64,000 bases of DNA from Candidatus Wolframiiraptor gerlachensis. GTDB lineage: Archaea; Thermoproteota; Nitrososphaeria_A; Caldarchaeales; Wolframiiraptoraceae. The stretch spans positions 55,079-119,078 of the forward strand of contig JAJPCT020000018.1 of assembly GCA_021323375.2 (NCBI GenBank), given 5' to 3'. Below are positions 46,839 to 56,697 of this stretch, one piece after another (positions within the stretch are counted from its first letter, which is position 1; every line of letters begins with the position of its first letter). The notes under the pieces were generated by a model. The model searched no databases and was not told the origin of the DNA. It was given only the letters and a program-made list of their open reading frames with translations. The position numbers were made by a program, and so were the translations under genes.

Positions 46839-48839
46839 ATGAGTGAGACCCCTGTTAGCAGCTCCTCAGTAGCATCGGCGGAGGCCAGCAAGAGGTATTA
46901 CGGGCATAAGCTGAAAGAGATTTGGTCAAAATCCCTAGAGAATCCTGAGGCATTCTGGAGTGAGGTCGCGGAGAACATTGTTTGGTTCAAGAAGTGGGAC
47001 AAGGTCTATGAATGGGATCCACCATTCGCGCGATGGTTTATCGGCGGGATCCTCAACGCCTCCTACAACGCTCTTGACGTGCACTTGAAGAGGGGCCTGA
47101 AGAACAAGGTCGCGATATTCTGGGAGGGCGAGGAGGGTGCTTCCAAAGCCCTGACATACTATCAGCTCTGGAGGGAGGTTAACAAGTTCGCTAACGCTCT
47201 GAAGAAGCTGGGCGTCAAGAAGGGTGATAGGATCTCGATATACCTGCCCATGATACCGGAGCTCCCAATAGCGATGCTCGCTTGCGCCAGGATAGGCGCT
47301 ATACACAGCGTTGTCTTCTCGGGATTCAGTGCGACGGCGCTAGCCGATAGGATAAATGACGCGGAGGCGAAGATCCTCATCACGGCGGATGGATTATACA
47401 GGAGGGGCAAGATAGTCCCCTTAAAGACGACGGCGGATGAGGCGCTCGCCATGACGAAGACCATTGAGAAGGTCATAGTCGTGAGGAGGGTTGGTCTCGA
47501 GAATACACCAATGAAGGAGGGCAGGGACCTATGGTGGCATGATGTCGTCAAGGATGTTGAGCCTTATTGCCCGCCCGAGCCCATGGAGTCGACGGACCCG
47601 CTCTTCATCCTCTACACGAGCGGGACGACTGGTAAGCCAAAGGGCGTGGTCCATAGCACTGGAGGATATCTCGTCTGGGTCTGGGCAACACTTAAGTGGG
47701 CATTCGACCCGCAGCCCGATGACATCTGGTGGTGCACGGCTGACATAGGCTGGATAACAGGCCACAGCTACGTGGTCTATGGCCCGCTAATGCATGGGCT
47801 GACGCAGATAATGTATGATGGAGCCCCCGACTACCCGGCCCCCGACAGATGGTGGGAGATAATCGAGAAGTATGGCGTGACGGCCTTCTACACCGCCCCA
47901 ACAGCCATCAGGATGCATATGAAGTTCGGCGAAGAGTGGGCCAAGAAGCATGATCTCAGCAGCCTCAGAATACTCGGATCTGTTGGCGAGCCGATCAACC
48001 CAGAGGCTTGGAGATGGTTCTACGAGGTCATAGGTGGCGGAAGATGCCCGATAATAGATACTTGGTGGCAGACTGAGACCGGGGGATTCATGATCTCGCC
48101 GGCCGCCGGAATAGAGCTCGTCCCACTCAAAGCCGGATCCGCAACATTCCCGCTGCCCGGGGTTCATGCTGAGGTAGTAGATGAAGATGGTAGACCGGTC
48201 AAGCCCTTCGAGAGAGGATACCTCGTAATCCTAGCCCCGTGGCCCGGAATGCTGATGACACTGTGGAGAGACCCTGAGCGCTACAAGGAGGTCTACTGGT
48301 CCAAGTTCCAGCCGAACAAGTATCTCCAGTTCAAGATAACCCCGCCGGCAATCTACTACACCGGAGACTATGCGATGAAGGATGATGAGGGATACTTCTG
48401 GCTCATGGGAAGAGCTGATGACGTGATAAAGGTGGCGGGACACAGGATTGGCACGGCAGAGCTTGAGAGCGCTTTCGTCAGCCATCCAGCTGTCGCGGAG
48501 GCAGCGGTGATAGGGAAGCCGGACCCGGTGAAGGGCGAGAGCATAGTCGCCTTCGTCATCCTGAAGTCAGGACATCAGCCCACCGACGAGCTCAGGGACG
48601 AGCTGAAGATGCATATCAGGAAGACCATCGGCCCTGTTGCCACGCCCGATGCGATCTTCTTCGTCTCATCCCTACCAAAGACGAGGAGCGGCAAGATAAT
48701 GAGGAGGGTCCTGAAGGCGGTGGTAAGCGGGGGACAGCTAGGAGATATCACGACGCTTGAGGATGCAGCCTCGGTCGAGGAGGCAAAGAAAGCGGTTGAG
48801 ATGCTGAGAAAAGCCATGGAAGAGGCAACCAAGAAGTAA
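46839..48839 (+). CDS. acs: Acetyl-CoA synthetase (AMP-forming)
   Basis: 666 aa. Contains [11 protein letters not shown], the TGD motif and C-terminal [13 protein letters not shown]. Confidence 0.93.
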   Translation: MSETPVSSSSVASAEASKRYYGHKLKEIWSKSLENPEAFWSEVAENIVWFKKWDKVYEWDPPFARWFIGGILNASYNALDVHLKRGLKNKVAIFWEGEEGASKALTYYQLWREVNKFANALKKLGVKKGDRISIYLPMIPELPIAMLACARIGAIHSVVFSGFSATALADRINDAEAKILITADGLYRRGKIVPLKTTADEALAMTKTIEKVIVVRRVGLENTPMKEGRDLWWHDVVKDVEPYCPPEPMESTDPLFILYTSGTTGKPKGVVHSTGGYLVWVWATLKWAFDPQPDDIWWCTADIGWITGHSYVVYGPLMHGLTQIMYDGAPDYPAPDRWWEIIEKYGVTAFYTAPTAIRMHMKFGEEWAKKHDLSSLRILGSVGEPINPEAWRWFYEVIGGGRCPIIDTWWQTETGGFMISPAAGIELVPLKAGSATFPLPGVHAEVVDEDGRPVKPFERGYLVILAPWPGMLMTLWRDPERYKEVYWSKFQPNKYLQFKITPPAIYYTGDYAMKDDEGYFWLMGRADDVIKVAGHRIGTAELESAFVSHPAVAEAAVIGKPDPVKGESIVAFVILKSGHQPTDELRDELKMHIRKTIGPVATPDAIFFVSSLPKTRSGKIMRRVLKAVVSGGQLGDITTLEDAASVEEAKKAVEMLRKAMEEATKK

Positions 48840-48929
48840 GCCCCCTCAAAAGATCATTTTTAATTCTTTAATCCTAGACAAATCTTTTCCCCTTAATCCT
48901 CCAAAGTCTCCCATATTTGGTGGTTTGGA

Positions 48930-49769
48930 TTGGTGAAGGTTGGGATAGTTGGGGCTGGAAGGGTTGGGAGCACAGCCGCCTATACGCTTCTATCCCTCAT
49001 GGATCTTGATGAGCTTGTTCTCGTGGATGTCTTGGGTGATCTAGCTGAGGGGGAGGCCCTAGACCTGATGCATGCGGCTTATGCTCTCGGGAAGCGGACG
49101 AGGATACATGGAGGCTCTGATTATGATCTTTTAAGGGGCTCAAACCTGATAATAGTCACGGCTGGCGCGGCGAGGAAGCCGGGGATGTCGAGGCTCGATC
49201 TGCTTAAGACGAACGCGGAGATAATGAGACGAGTCGCCGCAAGCCTCAAGGATGTTTGTGGTGACGCGGTGATAATGGTGGTCTCAAATCCCGTGGACCT
49301 GATGACATATCTTCTCTGGAGGGAGCTCGGGATCCCAAGGCATAGGATAATGGGAATGGGAGGCATCCTCGATACAGCGAGGCTCTGGAGCATCCTCGGG
49401 CAAAGGAGCGATGACATGGTTCTAGGAGAACATGGCGATAGCATGTTCATCCGCGGCGGGCATCATGATCTCGAAGAACAGCTCAAGGGCCTGGCGATGG
49501 AGGTGATAAGGAGGAAAGGCGCGACAGTCTACGGGCCCGCGGCTTCAATCTATATACAGGCAAAAGCGATCCTCGCAGACTCCCAAGAGATTCTGCCAGT
49601 CTCCGCGATCCTAGATGGGGAGTATGGTCTCAGGAATATAGCCGTCGGGGTTCCAGCGAGAATAGGCCGAGAAGGAATAATCGAGATAATAGAGTATGAG
49701 GATGCTCGTGATGGGATCATCCGCTCGGCATCCATTCTTAGGGAGAGGCTCCATGAAGCTGGCTACTAA
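48930..49769 (+). CDS. mdh: Malate dehydrogenase (LDH-like family)
   Basis: 279 aa with a TTG/GTG start. Contains GIVGAGRVGS, AARKPGMSRLDL (Arg at the substrate-discriminating position) and the catalytic GEHGDS. Confidence 0.8.
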   Translation: MVKVGIVGAGRVGSTAAYTLLSLMDLDELVLVDVLGDLAEGEALDLMHAAYALGKRTRIHGGSDYDLLRGSNLIIVTAGAARKPGMSRLDLLKTNAEIMRRVAASLKDVCGDAVIMVVSNPVDLMTYLLWRELGIPRHRIMGMGGILDTARLWSILGQRSDDMVLGEHGDSMFIRGGHHDLEEQLKGLAMEVIRRKGATVYGPAASIYIQAKAILADSQEILPVSAILDGEYGLRNIAVGVPARIGREGIIEIIEYEDARDGIIRSASILRERLHEAGY

Positions 49770-49810
49770 GTTAGAAAGCTTTAAGCTAGGTTTTGTCACA
49801 TTTGAGCGCG

Positions 49811-51091
49811 ATGGAGAGGACGAGTAGGATCCCGGGCTTTTACAAGCTCACGGTAGAGGAGAGGCTTAGGATAGTTGCAGAGTTTGCTGGGCTAAGTGAG
49901 GAGGAGGTTGAGCTCTTGAGGAAATATGCGGCGCTCGATAAGGATACTGCTAACAGGATGATCGAGAATGTGGTTGGGACGTTCCAGCTCCCGCTTGGGA
50001 TAGCCGTGAACTTCCTGATTAATGGCAGGGATTACATGGTCCCCATGGTTATTGAGGAGCCGTCCGTGGTCGCGGCCGCCTCGAATGCCGCGAGGATGAC
50101 GAGGGAGGGTGGCGGAGTCTTCGCCCAGAGCACGGAGTCCCTGATGATAGGCCAGATACAGCTCGTCGGGATCAAAGACCCGTATGCCGCGAGGCTTGAG
50201 GTCTTGCGAAACAAGGAGGAGATACTGGCGATAGCTAACGAGCAGGACCCAGTCCTCGTCAATCTCGGAGGAGGGGCGAGGGATCTCGAGGCGAGGGTGA
50301 TCGAGACGAGGCTCGGCCCCATGCTGATAGTCCACTTGATCGTTGATGTGAGGGATGCGATGGGAGCTAATGCCGTGAATACGATGGCTGAGGCTGTTGC
50401 ACCAAGGCTCGCCTCGATAACAGGCGGAAGATACAGGCTCAGGATAATATCGAACCTAGCCGATAGGAGGCTTGTTAGGGCTTGGACGAGGATCCCGCCT
50501 GAGGCTGTCGGCGGGAGGGAGGTTGCTGAGGGGATTGTTGAGGCGTGGGCATTCGCGGACGCCGACCCATATCGCGCCGCGACGCATAATAAGGGGATAA
50601 TGAATGGCGTTGACGCGGTTGTAATCGCGACCGGGAATGACTGGAGGGCTGTCGAGGCTGGGGCGCACGCATACGCCTGTAGATTCGGCACATATAAGCC
50701 GCTCAGCACCTGGGAGATTGATGAGAGGGGAAATCTCGTCGGGAGCTTGGAGATGCCGTTGGCAGTTGGGATAGTTGGCGGCGCGATTAGGACGAACCCG
50801 CTTGCGAGGATATGCTTGAAGATTCTCGGCGTTAAGACTGCTAGGGAGCTTGCAGAGGTGATAGGCGCGGTTGGCCTCGTCCAGAACTTGGCGGCGCTAA
50901 GGGCCCTAGCCGCCGAGGGCATACAGGCGGGCCACATGTCGCTTCACGCGAAGAATATAGCGATCATGGCGGGAGCTGTGGGCGATGAGATAGATCAGGT
51001 GGCCGAGATCATGGTGCGGGAGAAATGTATCAGGCTGGATCGCGCGAAGGAGATACTTGAAAAGCTGAGAAGAGAGAGGGAGAGGAAGTAG
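49811..51091 (+). CDS. hmgA: Hydroxymethylglutaryl-CoA reductase, class II-like
   Basis: ENVVGTFQLP, INGRDYMVPMVIEEPSVVAAASNAA and LVNLGGGARD are collinear with Pseudomonas mevalonii-type class II HMGR. ATG at 49811; the ORF-track TTG is at 49793. Confidence 0.85.
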   Translation: MERTSRIPGFYKLTVEERLRIVAEFAGLSEEEVELLRKYAALDKDTANRMIENVVGTFQLPLGIAVNFLINGRDYMVPMVIEEPSVVAAASNAARMTREGGGVFAQSTESLMIGQIQLVGIKDPYAARLEVLRNKEEILAIANEQDPVLVNLGGGARDLEARVIETRLGPMLIVHLIVDVRDAMGANAVNTMAEAVAPRLASITGGRYRLRIISNLADRRLVRAWTRIPPEAVGGREVAEGIVEAWAFADADPYRAATHNKGIMNGVDAVVIATGNDWRAVEAGAHAYACRFGTYKPLSTWEIDERGNLVGSLEMPLAVGIVGGAIRTNPLARICLKILGVKTARELAEVIGAVGLVQNLAALRALAAEGIQAGHMSLHAKNIAIMAGAVGDEIDQVAEIMVREKCIRLDRAKEILEKLRRERERK

Positions 51092-51110
51092 AGCTGGTCG
51101 AGGAAGGCTG

Positions 51111-51704
51111 TTGATGAGCAGTTATCCCACGGCTGTCCAGAAGAAGGGTGTTAGGGTTCTAGGCGTGGCGGAGAGCTTTAGGAAGGATATTGGGGGGAAG
51201 GCAGCCCTAGCCGGGGTTGTCATGCGCGGCGACCTCATCATAGATGGCGTGGTGTTCGGCGAGTGCACAGTCGGTGGTATGGACGCGACAGACAGCATTC
51301 TCGAGATGTATAGGTCGCTTGGGAGGGAGGATATTATGCTCCTGATGCTGAATGGCTGCATAATAAGCAGGTTCAACGTGATCGATCTTCAGAGGCTCCA
51401 TGAGGAAACAGGGCTCCCCGTGATCTCCGTGACATACAACCCGAGCGCCGGGATCAGGGAGTATTTCATCAAGTATTTCCCCGATGACTGGAGGAAGAGG
51501 ATCGAGGTCTATGAGAGGAATGGGCCGAGGATCGAGATGACGAATAAGAATGGCTTCAAGATCTATTTCAGGTCTGTGGGGCTGGATCCAGGCGACGCAG
51601 CCAAGATAATAGATCGATATACGATCTTCGGGAGGGTGCCCGAGCCGTTGAGGGTTGCAAGGATCCTCGCTCACGGCCTCCTCGAGCACATGAGGAAAAG
51701 ATGA
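51111..51704 (+). CDS. DUF99/UPF0215-family protein
   Basis: 197 aa. Contains VLGVAESF ... LAGVVMRGD..IDGV ... GGMDATD ... PVISVTY, as in archaeal UPF0215 proteins. Confidence 0.7.
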   Translation: MMSSYPTAVQKKGVRVLGVAESFRKDIGGKAALAGVVMRGDLIIDGVVFGECTVGGMDATDSILEMYRSLGREDIMLLMLNGCIISRFNVIDLQRLHEETGLPVISVTYNPSAGIREYFIKYFPDDWRKRIEVYERNGPRIEMTNKNGFKIYFRSVGLDPGDAAKIIDRYTIFGRVPEPLRVARILAHGLLEHMRKR

Positions 51705-51739
51705 TTACACAGCTGCTAGCGAGTCATGCTTGAAGAATC

Positions 51740-52783
51740 ATGGCGCTTTATCTTGTTGGGCTGGGCCTCGGGAGCAGCGGCTACCTGACGAGGATGGCTA
51801 TGGAGGTTATTGCGAAATCGGATAAGGCTTACTTGGATACTTATACGAGCTTCCTCGAGCCGGAGCTCATCGAGGAGCTGAGGATTATCCTAGGCTCTAG
51901 GCTCATCGAGGCTGATAGAAGGCTCTTAGAGGAGGATGTCTCGCGCATAGTTGAGGAGGCTGGAGAGAGGGATATCGCGATTCTTGTCCCGGGAGACCCC
52001 CTGATAGCCACCACGCATATCTCGATCATCATTGAGGCTGCTCGCAGGGGCGTCAAGTATCATGTGATCCATGGCGTCTCAGCCCATTCGGCCCTCATCT
52101 CCGCCTCATGTCTCCAGGCATACAAGTTCGGGAAGATCGTGACCATTCCTAGGAGCGGTGTTGGCGTCGAGACATGCTATAGGGCGATCCTGGAGAACAT
52201 GGAGCGCGGCCTTCACACTCTCATACTCCTCGACACGGCGGATGGAGGCCTAGACATACCATCAGCGATAAAAATGCTTATGCGGGTTGAGGACGAGTTT
52301 GGGATGGGCTTGATAACGCCTGAGAGGCTGGTAATATGCTTAGCTAGGATAGGGTTTGGGGATGAGTTCAGGTGGGCTGGAAGTCTTGCCGAGGCGCTTG
52401 AGAGAAACTACCCGCCGCCACCACATAGCATAATCTTCCCGGGAAGCCTCCATTTCTCTGAGGCAGAGGCGTTGGAGACCCTGCTGGGCGCGAGCCCTAG
52501 AGTGATTGAACAGCATAAGCCGCCTTGGATCATCTGGCAGAGGCTACAGAGGTATATCGAGAATGTCGAGAACGCGCTGAGGGGGCTCGAGCTCATAGAC
52601 CAATCAAGCGAGGTTAAGGAGGTCTTGGATCTAGTGGAGAGATATCTTGATGATTCGAGGAGGTTTCTCTCGGGCGGCCGCGGCCTCGACTCCTTGGCCG
52701 CGATCTCTTATGCCGAGGGGCTGTTAGACTGCCTCAGGATGCTCGGCAGGGTCAGGTTCTCATGGAGCTCAAGACAAGGCTAG
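51740..52783 (+). CDS. dphB: Diphthine synthase with a roughly 90-aa C-terminal helical extension
   Basis: 347 aa. Tetrapyrrole-methylase fold (MALYLVGLGLG, VPGDPLIATTH). Canonical archaeal DphB is about 255-265 aa; the extra tail starts near residue 258. Confidence 0.85.
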   Translation: MALYLVGLGLGSSGYLTRMAMEVIAKSDKAYLDTYTSFLEPELIEELRIILGSRLIEADRRLLEEDVSRIVEEAGERDIAILVPGDPLIATTHISIIIEAARRGVKYHVIHGVSAHSALISASCLQAYKFGKIVTIPRSGVGVETCYRAILENMERGLHTLILLDTADGGLDIPSAIKMLMRVEDEFGMGLITPERLVICLARIGFGDEFRWAGSLAEALERNYPPPPHSIIFPGSLHFSEAEALETLLGASPRVIEQHKPPWIIWQRLQRYIENVENALRGLELIDQSSEVKEVLDLVERYLDDSRRFLSGGRGLDSLAAISYAEGLLDCLRMLGRVRFSWSSRQG

Positions 52784-53487
52784 ATCGTGATAAAGGACTC
52801 GATCGGTATATTGAACTCCTCCATGAGCCTCTCCTTAACCCCTCTCAGGGCTATTATCGAGAACATTCCCGAGATATTCGCCTTAAGCTCCTTGCATAGG
52901 GCTATCATCGCCCTCATGGTGCCACCCGTCCTGATTATATCATCTACAAGGAGGACATACTCCCCCTTCTTCACGAGGCCTTTCGGGAGGTAGATGTATC
53001 GGTATGCCCCCGACTCGAATATCTGCTTAACCTCCACGAAGTCCCTTACGCCGATCTTCTTGCTCTTCCTCGCGATCGCTAAGCCTACTCCGAGGATTAA
53101 GGCCAGCTGATATGCGACCGGAATGCCGTCGGACTCCATCGTCATCACCCTATCAACCTTGAAACCCATGAGCTTCTCGAGCTCAGCTAGGACTATCTGC
53201 TTCAATAAAAGCGGGTCATGGATTATCTCGCTCGTGTCTATTGCCCCGACCTCATCTCTTGCGAGCCTCCGCCTAACCTCATCCAGCAGGAACTCTCTCT
53301 TGAAGGCCGCCATGATGGCCCTAGACTTCTCGGGGCTCGGGAGAACATGCCCATTCACGTATCGCGAGAGGACGGCTGGCGGGAGGCCGAGGATGGAGGA
53401 GAGCCTCTCATAGGACATGTGCTTCTTGAGCATCCTAAGAGCCTCGATCGAGTTGAGCCTATACCAGAGCTCATCCAGCCTTCTCAA
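52780..53487 (-). CDS. HTH-domain plus phosphoribosyltransferase-domain protein (PRTase-type regulator, GfcR/PyrE-like)
   Basis: HTH block YERLSSILGLPPAVLSRYVNG and PRPP motif YVLLVDDIIRTGGTM. I place the start at the TTG at 53487 (ATG alternatives are 53433 and 53418). The ORF-track N-terminus up to 53802 is antisense to ribL and looks spurious. Confidence 0.75.
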   Translation of the reverse strand: MRRLDELWYRLNSIEALRMLKKHMSYERLSSILGLPPAVLSRYVNGHVLPSPEKSRAIMAAFKREFLLDEVRRRLARDEVGAIDTSEIIHDPLLLKQIVLAELEKLMGFKVDRVMTMESDGIPVAYQLALILGVGLAIARKSKKIGVRDFVEVKQIFESGAYRYIYLPKGLVKKGEYVLLVDDIIRTGGTMRAMIALCKELKANISGMFSIIALRGVKERLMEEFNIPIESFITI

Positions 53488-53584
53488 CTCCCAGGCACCT
53501 AGAGAAGGTGGGCTTGGCTTGGAATTAAAACCTCCACCAAGCAAGCTGATCAATGGATAAATATGGTGGACCTGGATTTGTGCG

Positions 53585-54055
53585 GTGATGGAGGAAAGGG
53601 CTGGGAAGCGCGTCTTAGCATCCGGGGCATTCGAGCTCCTCCATCCGGGCCATGTTAGGTTTCTTGCAGAGGCTAAGCGTGTTGGAGGCGAGGGCTCGAG
53701 GCTTATAGTCGTCGTGGCCAGGGATGAGACGATTAAGAGGAGGAAGGGGAGGGAGCCGATCCTTGGGGAGGAGGCTCGGAGGGAGATAATCTCAATGCTC
53801 AAACCCGTTGATGAGGTGATCCTCGGCCACGTCCCATTCTCATTTGAGAGGGTGATTGAGGAGGTGAAGCCGGATATAGTGGTCTTCGGATATGATCAAG
53901 AAGACTTGATGAGGGAGTTCATGAGGTTTATCGAGTCCAGGGGGTTGAATGTAAAGGTCGTCAAGCTCGGGAAGTTCTCATCACATGGCCCATCCAGCAC
54001 ATCGGAGCTTATCAGGCGGGCGGCGGAGATCATGGGCAAGGGCTCATCATGCTAG
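53585..54055 (+). CDS. ribL: FAD synthetase, archaeal RibL type (cytidylyltransferase fold)
   Basis: 156 aa. Contains VLASGAFELLHPGHVRFL (HxGH) and VVVARDETI. Confidence 0.85.
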   Translation: MMEERAGKRVLASGAFELLHPGHVRFLAEAKRVGGEGSRLIVVVARDETIKRRKGREPILGEEARREIISMLKPVDEVILGHVPFSFERVIEEVKPDIVVFGYDQEDLMREFMRFIESRGLNVKVVKLGKFSSHGPSSTSELIRRAAEIMGKGSSC

Positions 54056-54742
54056 GTCGAGTGGGCTCAAGCTCACCTTTACACACACAATATCCCCATC
54101 CCTCAGCCCAAGCTTCTCCCTAATGCAGACTGGCGACAGTATCTCGATAACCTCCCTCGGATAATGCGTCCTCTCTATGAAGAGTATAGCGGCCTCCTCG
54201 TCCCCGACGCGCGCCTTGATACATCTCGCGCCGCCATAGGATCTCCTTCCATTACTAAACCTCTCTATCTCTATTCTAGCAGCCCTCTCCACCAGAGTCC
54301 TCTTCAATATATCGTCCCTACTAATTAGCCTCAGGTTCAGTGTTCCGGGATAGGGCTTGAACCCGAGCTTCTCCTCAAACTGCTTCATATAGAATGGTAT
54401 CTGGACATAGTAGGCGCCCTCCCCCAGCCCGGTAAAGACCCTACCCGTGAGGATAATCTCGGACGGCCTCTCAAGAACCTCCTTTAACTTGGCGTGAAGC
54501 GATAGCATTAGGTCGAGCGCCTTATCCGTCAGCCTTATAACAGTGCCTCTCCCCGAGGCCTCCCTCTCAATAAGCCCCTCCCTTTCAAGCTCTATCAAGA
54601 GCCTTGAGGCAGATTGCTGTGAGATCCCGATCTCCTCGGCGAGCTTTGCTGTAGAAATCCTGACGCCGCTGACTAGGGCATTCTCTTGGGCTAGGCGGAG
54701 GATAATCCTACCCCTACTGCTGAGGATCTCCTCAAGCGGCAT
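54047..54742 (-). CDS. ribK: CTP-dependent riboflavin kinase fused to an N-terminal wHTH (RbkR-type)
   Basis: 231 aa. N-terminal wHTH (TAKLAEEIGISQQSASRLLIELEREGLI). The C-terminal archaeal RibK motifs are GLGEGAYYV and YPGTLNL. Confidence 0.85.
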   Translation of the reverse strand: MPLEEILSSRGRIILRLAQENALVSGVRISTAKLAEEIGISQQSASRLLIELEREGLIEREASGRGTVIRLTDKALDLMLSLHAKLKEVLERPSEIILTGRVFTGLGEGAYYVQIPFYMKQFEEKLGFKPYPGTLNLRLISRDDILKRTLVERAARIEIERFSNGRRSYGGARCIKARVGDEEAAILFIERTHYPREVIEILSPVCIREKLGLRDGDIVCVKVSLSPLDLA

Positions 54743-55348
54743 TCAGATGCTTATGGTCTCGTTTAGCTTTAAGCCCTCTTCCGAGAAAAGTAGAAGGTCT
54801 ATGCCGTTCCCGCTCGCCGCATCCCTCGCTATCGCCGCCTTTATCGCCTTTATCGCAAGAGCTCTAACATCCCCTGGTGATAGGTCGGGCCTATACTCAG
54901 CCTCGATCACGCCGATGGCTATCTCGGCGCCGGAGCCCACAACCGCGTAATCATCCTCTATCATGGAGCCTAGAGGATCGAGGACTATGATATGCGGCCC
55001 GGTATCATCGAACCCACCAACAATGGTCTCCGCGATATAGGGTATAAACCTGCTATCGAACAGGTAGTTTGAGAGGACCTTCGCGACGGAGACGACCTTA
55101 GGCTCCTTCCTATACGTGTATCTGTAGATGTTTATCTCGGCCTGAGCACCCTTCACTAGGATCTGCATGTCGCCGACTAGGCCTGCGCAGGCGGCTCCTA
55201 TCTTTGGGGTTATCTGGAAGACCTTCCTAACATTTTTGCTCATCACGAAGTAGCCGTAGGTTAGCCTCTTCTCCGAGGCCAGGACGACGGCGTCAGCTGT
55301 CTTTATGCCAATCGTGGTAGCGCCGGGGAGCGGGTAACGTAATGCCAT
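54743..55348 (-). CDS. psmB: Proteasome beta subunit
   Basis: 201 aa. A short propeptide is followed by the active-site TTIGIK. Confidence 0.92.
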   Translation of the reverse strand: MALRYPLPGATTIGIKTADAVVLASEKRLTYGYFVMSKNVRKVFQITPKIGAACAGLVGDMQILVKGAQAEINIYRYTYRKEPKVVSVAKVLSNYLFDSRFIPYIAETIVGGFDDTGPHIIVLDPLGSMIEDDYAVVGSGAEIAIGVIEAEYRPDLSPGDVRALAIKAIKAAIARDAASGNGIDLLLFSEEGLKLNETISI

Positions 55349-55394
55349 ACTAACCGATTAGTGTTGGGTTTCCTAGTTCTTAACCTTTCGCACA

Positions 55395-56690
55395 CTAGCC
55401 ATGGCGTCCCACTAGAAGGTTCTCCAAGAACCTCCTCCTCTCCTCTATCGTCTCCTCGTAAAGCCTTCGATAGAGCTTTTTCTCGGCCTCGCTCATCCCG
55501 TAACCCCTCCTAGCCATCATCCTCTCAGCGGCCTCGATCATGCGGTTCACGTCGACCCAGTCCCATACCCTCCCCTTAACATACCACGTGAATGGCGGCA
55601 CATACTTGGGGTAGGGCTCGCCCGACGTGACGAGGTTGCACATTATGCCTATCATGGAGCCTGTTGAGAGGAGGGAGCCGATCCCGGTCTTCGTGTGATC
55701 GCCTATAAATGCGCCCAGCTTGATCATCCCAGTGTCCATGAGCTTTCCAGCAGCCGGAGCCCTGACAGGCCCATAATCATTCTTTAGATCGCTGGTTGTT
55801 GTTAATGCTCCGAGATTCACCCACTCGCCGATATAGCTGTGGCCCACGAAGCCCGCATGATACTTGTTCGAGAATCCTTGGAATATCGTCTCCTCAACCT
55901 CTCCACCAACCCTGCATACGGGCCCTAACGAGGAGCTAGTGATCCTCCCGCCCACGATCCAAGATCCTCTCCCAATATAGCATGGTCCGACAATATAGCT
56001 ATGCGGGAAGATCACGGCATCATCATCGATTATTATTGGGCCGCTTGTCGAGTCTAAGACGACGCATGGATAGATCTTGGCGCTTCCTGAGACCATGACA
56101 TCCTCCCTATCTCCCACCACGTAGATGCCCTCGCCGCCTGGTCTCACCCAGGGCTTAAGCCACCTAAGCCTCTCCAAATCCCTCTCAAGCTCGAGCCGAT
56201 GATATCTCACAAGATCCCATGGATACTTTACGAGCCTTGCCCCCTCAATCCCATGGGCTCCAAGCTCGCGCTCAGCCCTCTCAAGCACATCTCCAACGTT
56301 CCTGCACCCTATCAGAATCCTCTTGATATCATTCTTTCTGATGAACGCGTAGACTGGCTCGACATCCCCAATCGCGACGCCATCCTCAAGCTTGAGGAGA
56401 TTCTGGTCGAAGAGCCATCTGCCATTAACGAGGAGGAGATCCTCGCCTCTCATGAGCGCCTTGACATCATCAAGCGCATGGACCTCACCGATGCCCCCAA
56501 GCCTCTCGCGAGCAACATCAAGCAACATGCTCCTAACATAGAAGACTATATGGCCCTCGACGCCTGACAGGATCTTTTCATAAAGCATGCTCGCGCCGCA
56601 TCTAAGGGTATAGACCGGCCTTGCCAGCGTGAGGGGCCTTAGGAACTTCTCGGAATCATCCTCATAGACCGCCACGAGCACGCTAGACAC
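55395..56690 (-). CDS. GlmU-like protein: nucleotidyltransferase-like N-domain plus left-handed beta-helix acyltransferase domain
   Basis: 431 aa. The N-terminus VAVYEDD...LRPLTLARPVYTLRCGA is typical of the putative sugar nucleotidyltransferase (alternative GlmU-like) family. Hexapeptide repeats fill the C-terminal half. Confidence 0.6.
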   Translation of the reverse strand: MSSVLVAVYEDDSEKFLRPLTLARPVYTLRCGASMLYEKILSGVEGHIVFYVRSMLLDVARERLGGIGEVHALDDVKALMRGEDLLLVNGRWLFDQNLLKLEDGVAIGDVEPVYAFIRKNDIKRILIGCRNVGDVLERAERELGAHGIEGARLVKYPWDLVRYHRLELERDLERLRWLKPWVRPGGEGIYVVGDREDVMVSGSAKIYPCVVLDSTSGPIIIDDDAVIFPHSYIVGPCYIGRGSWIVGGRITSSSLGPVCRVGGEVEETIFQGFSNKYHAGFVGHSYIGEWVNLGALTTTSDLKNDYGPVRAPAAGKLMDTGMIKLGAFIGDHTKTGIGSLLSTGSMIGIMCNLVTSGEPYPKYVPPFTWYVKGRVWDWVDVNRMIEAAERMMARRGYGMSEAEKKLYRRLYEETIEERRRFLENLLVGRHG

Positions 56691-56697
56691 CCACTTC

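Noticed and set aside
50032-50937. 301-aa ORF antisense to HMG-CoA reductase, plus the smaller nested ones at 50456..50693
   Set aside because: It is a shadow ORF of a GC-rich, Ala/Gly-rich gene, with no recognisable domain.
53488-53802. N-terminal 105 codons of ORF 52780..53802
   Set aside because: This part is antisense to ribL and reads as low-complexity Ser/Pro/Leu sequence. The HTH-PRTase protein is complete from the TTG at 53487 or the ATG at 53433.
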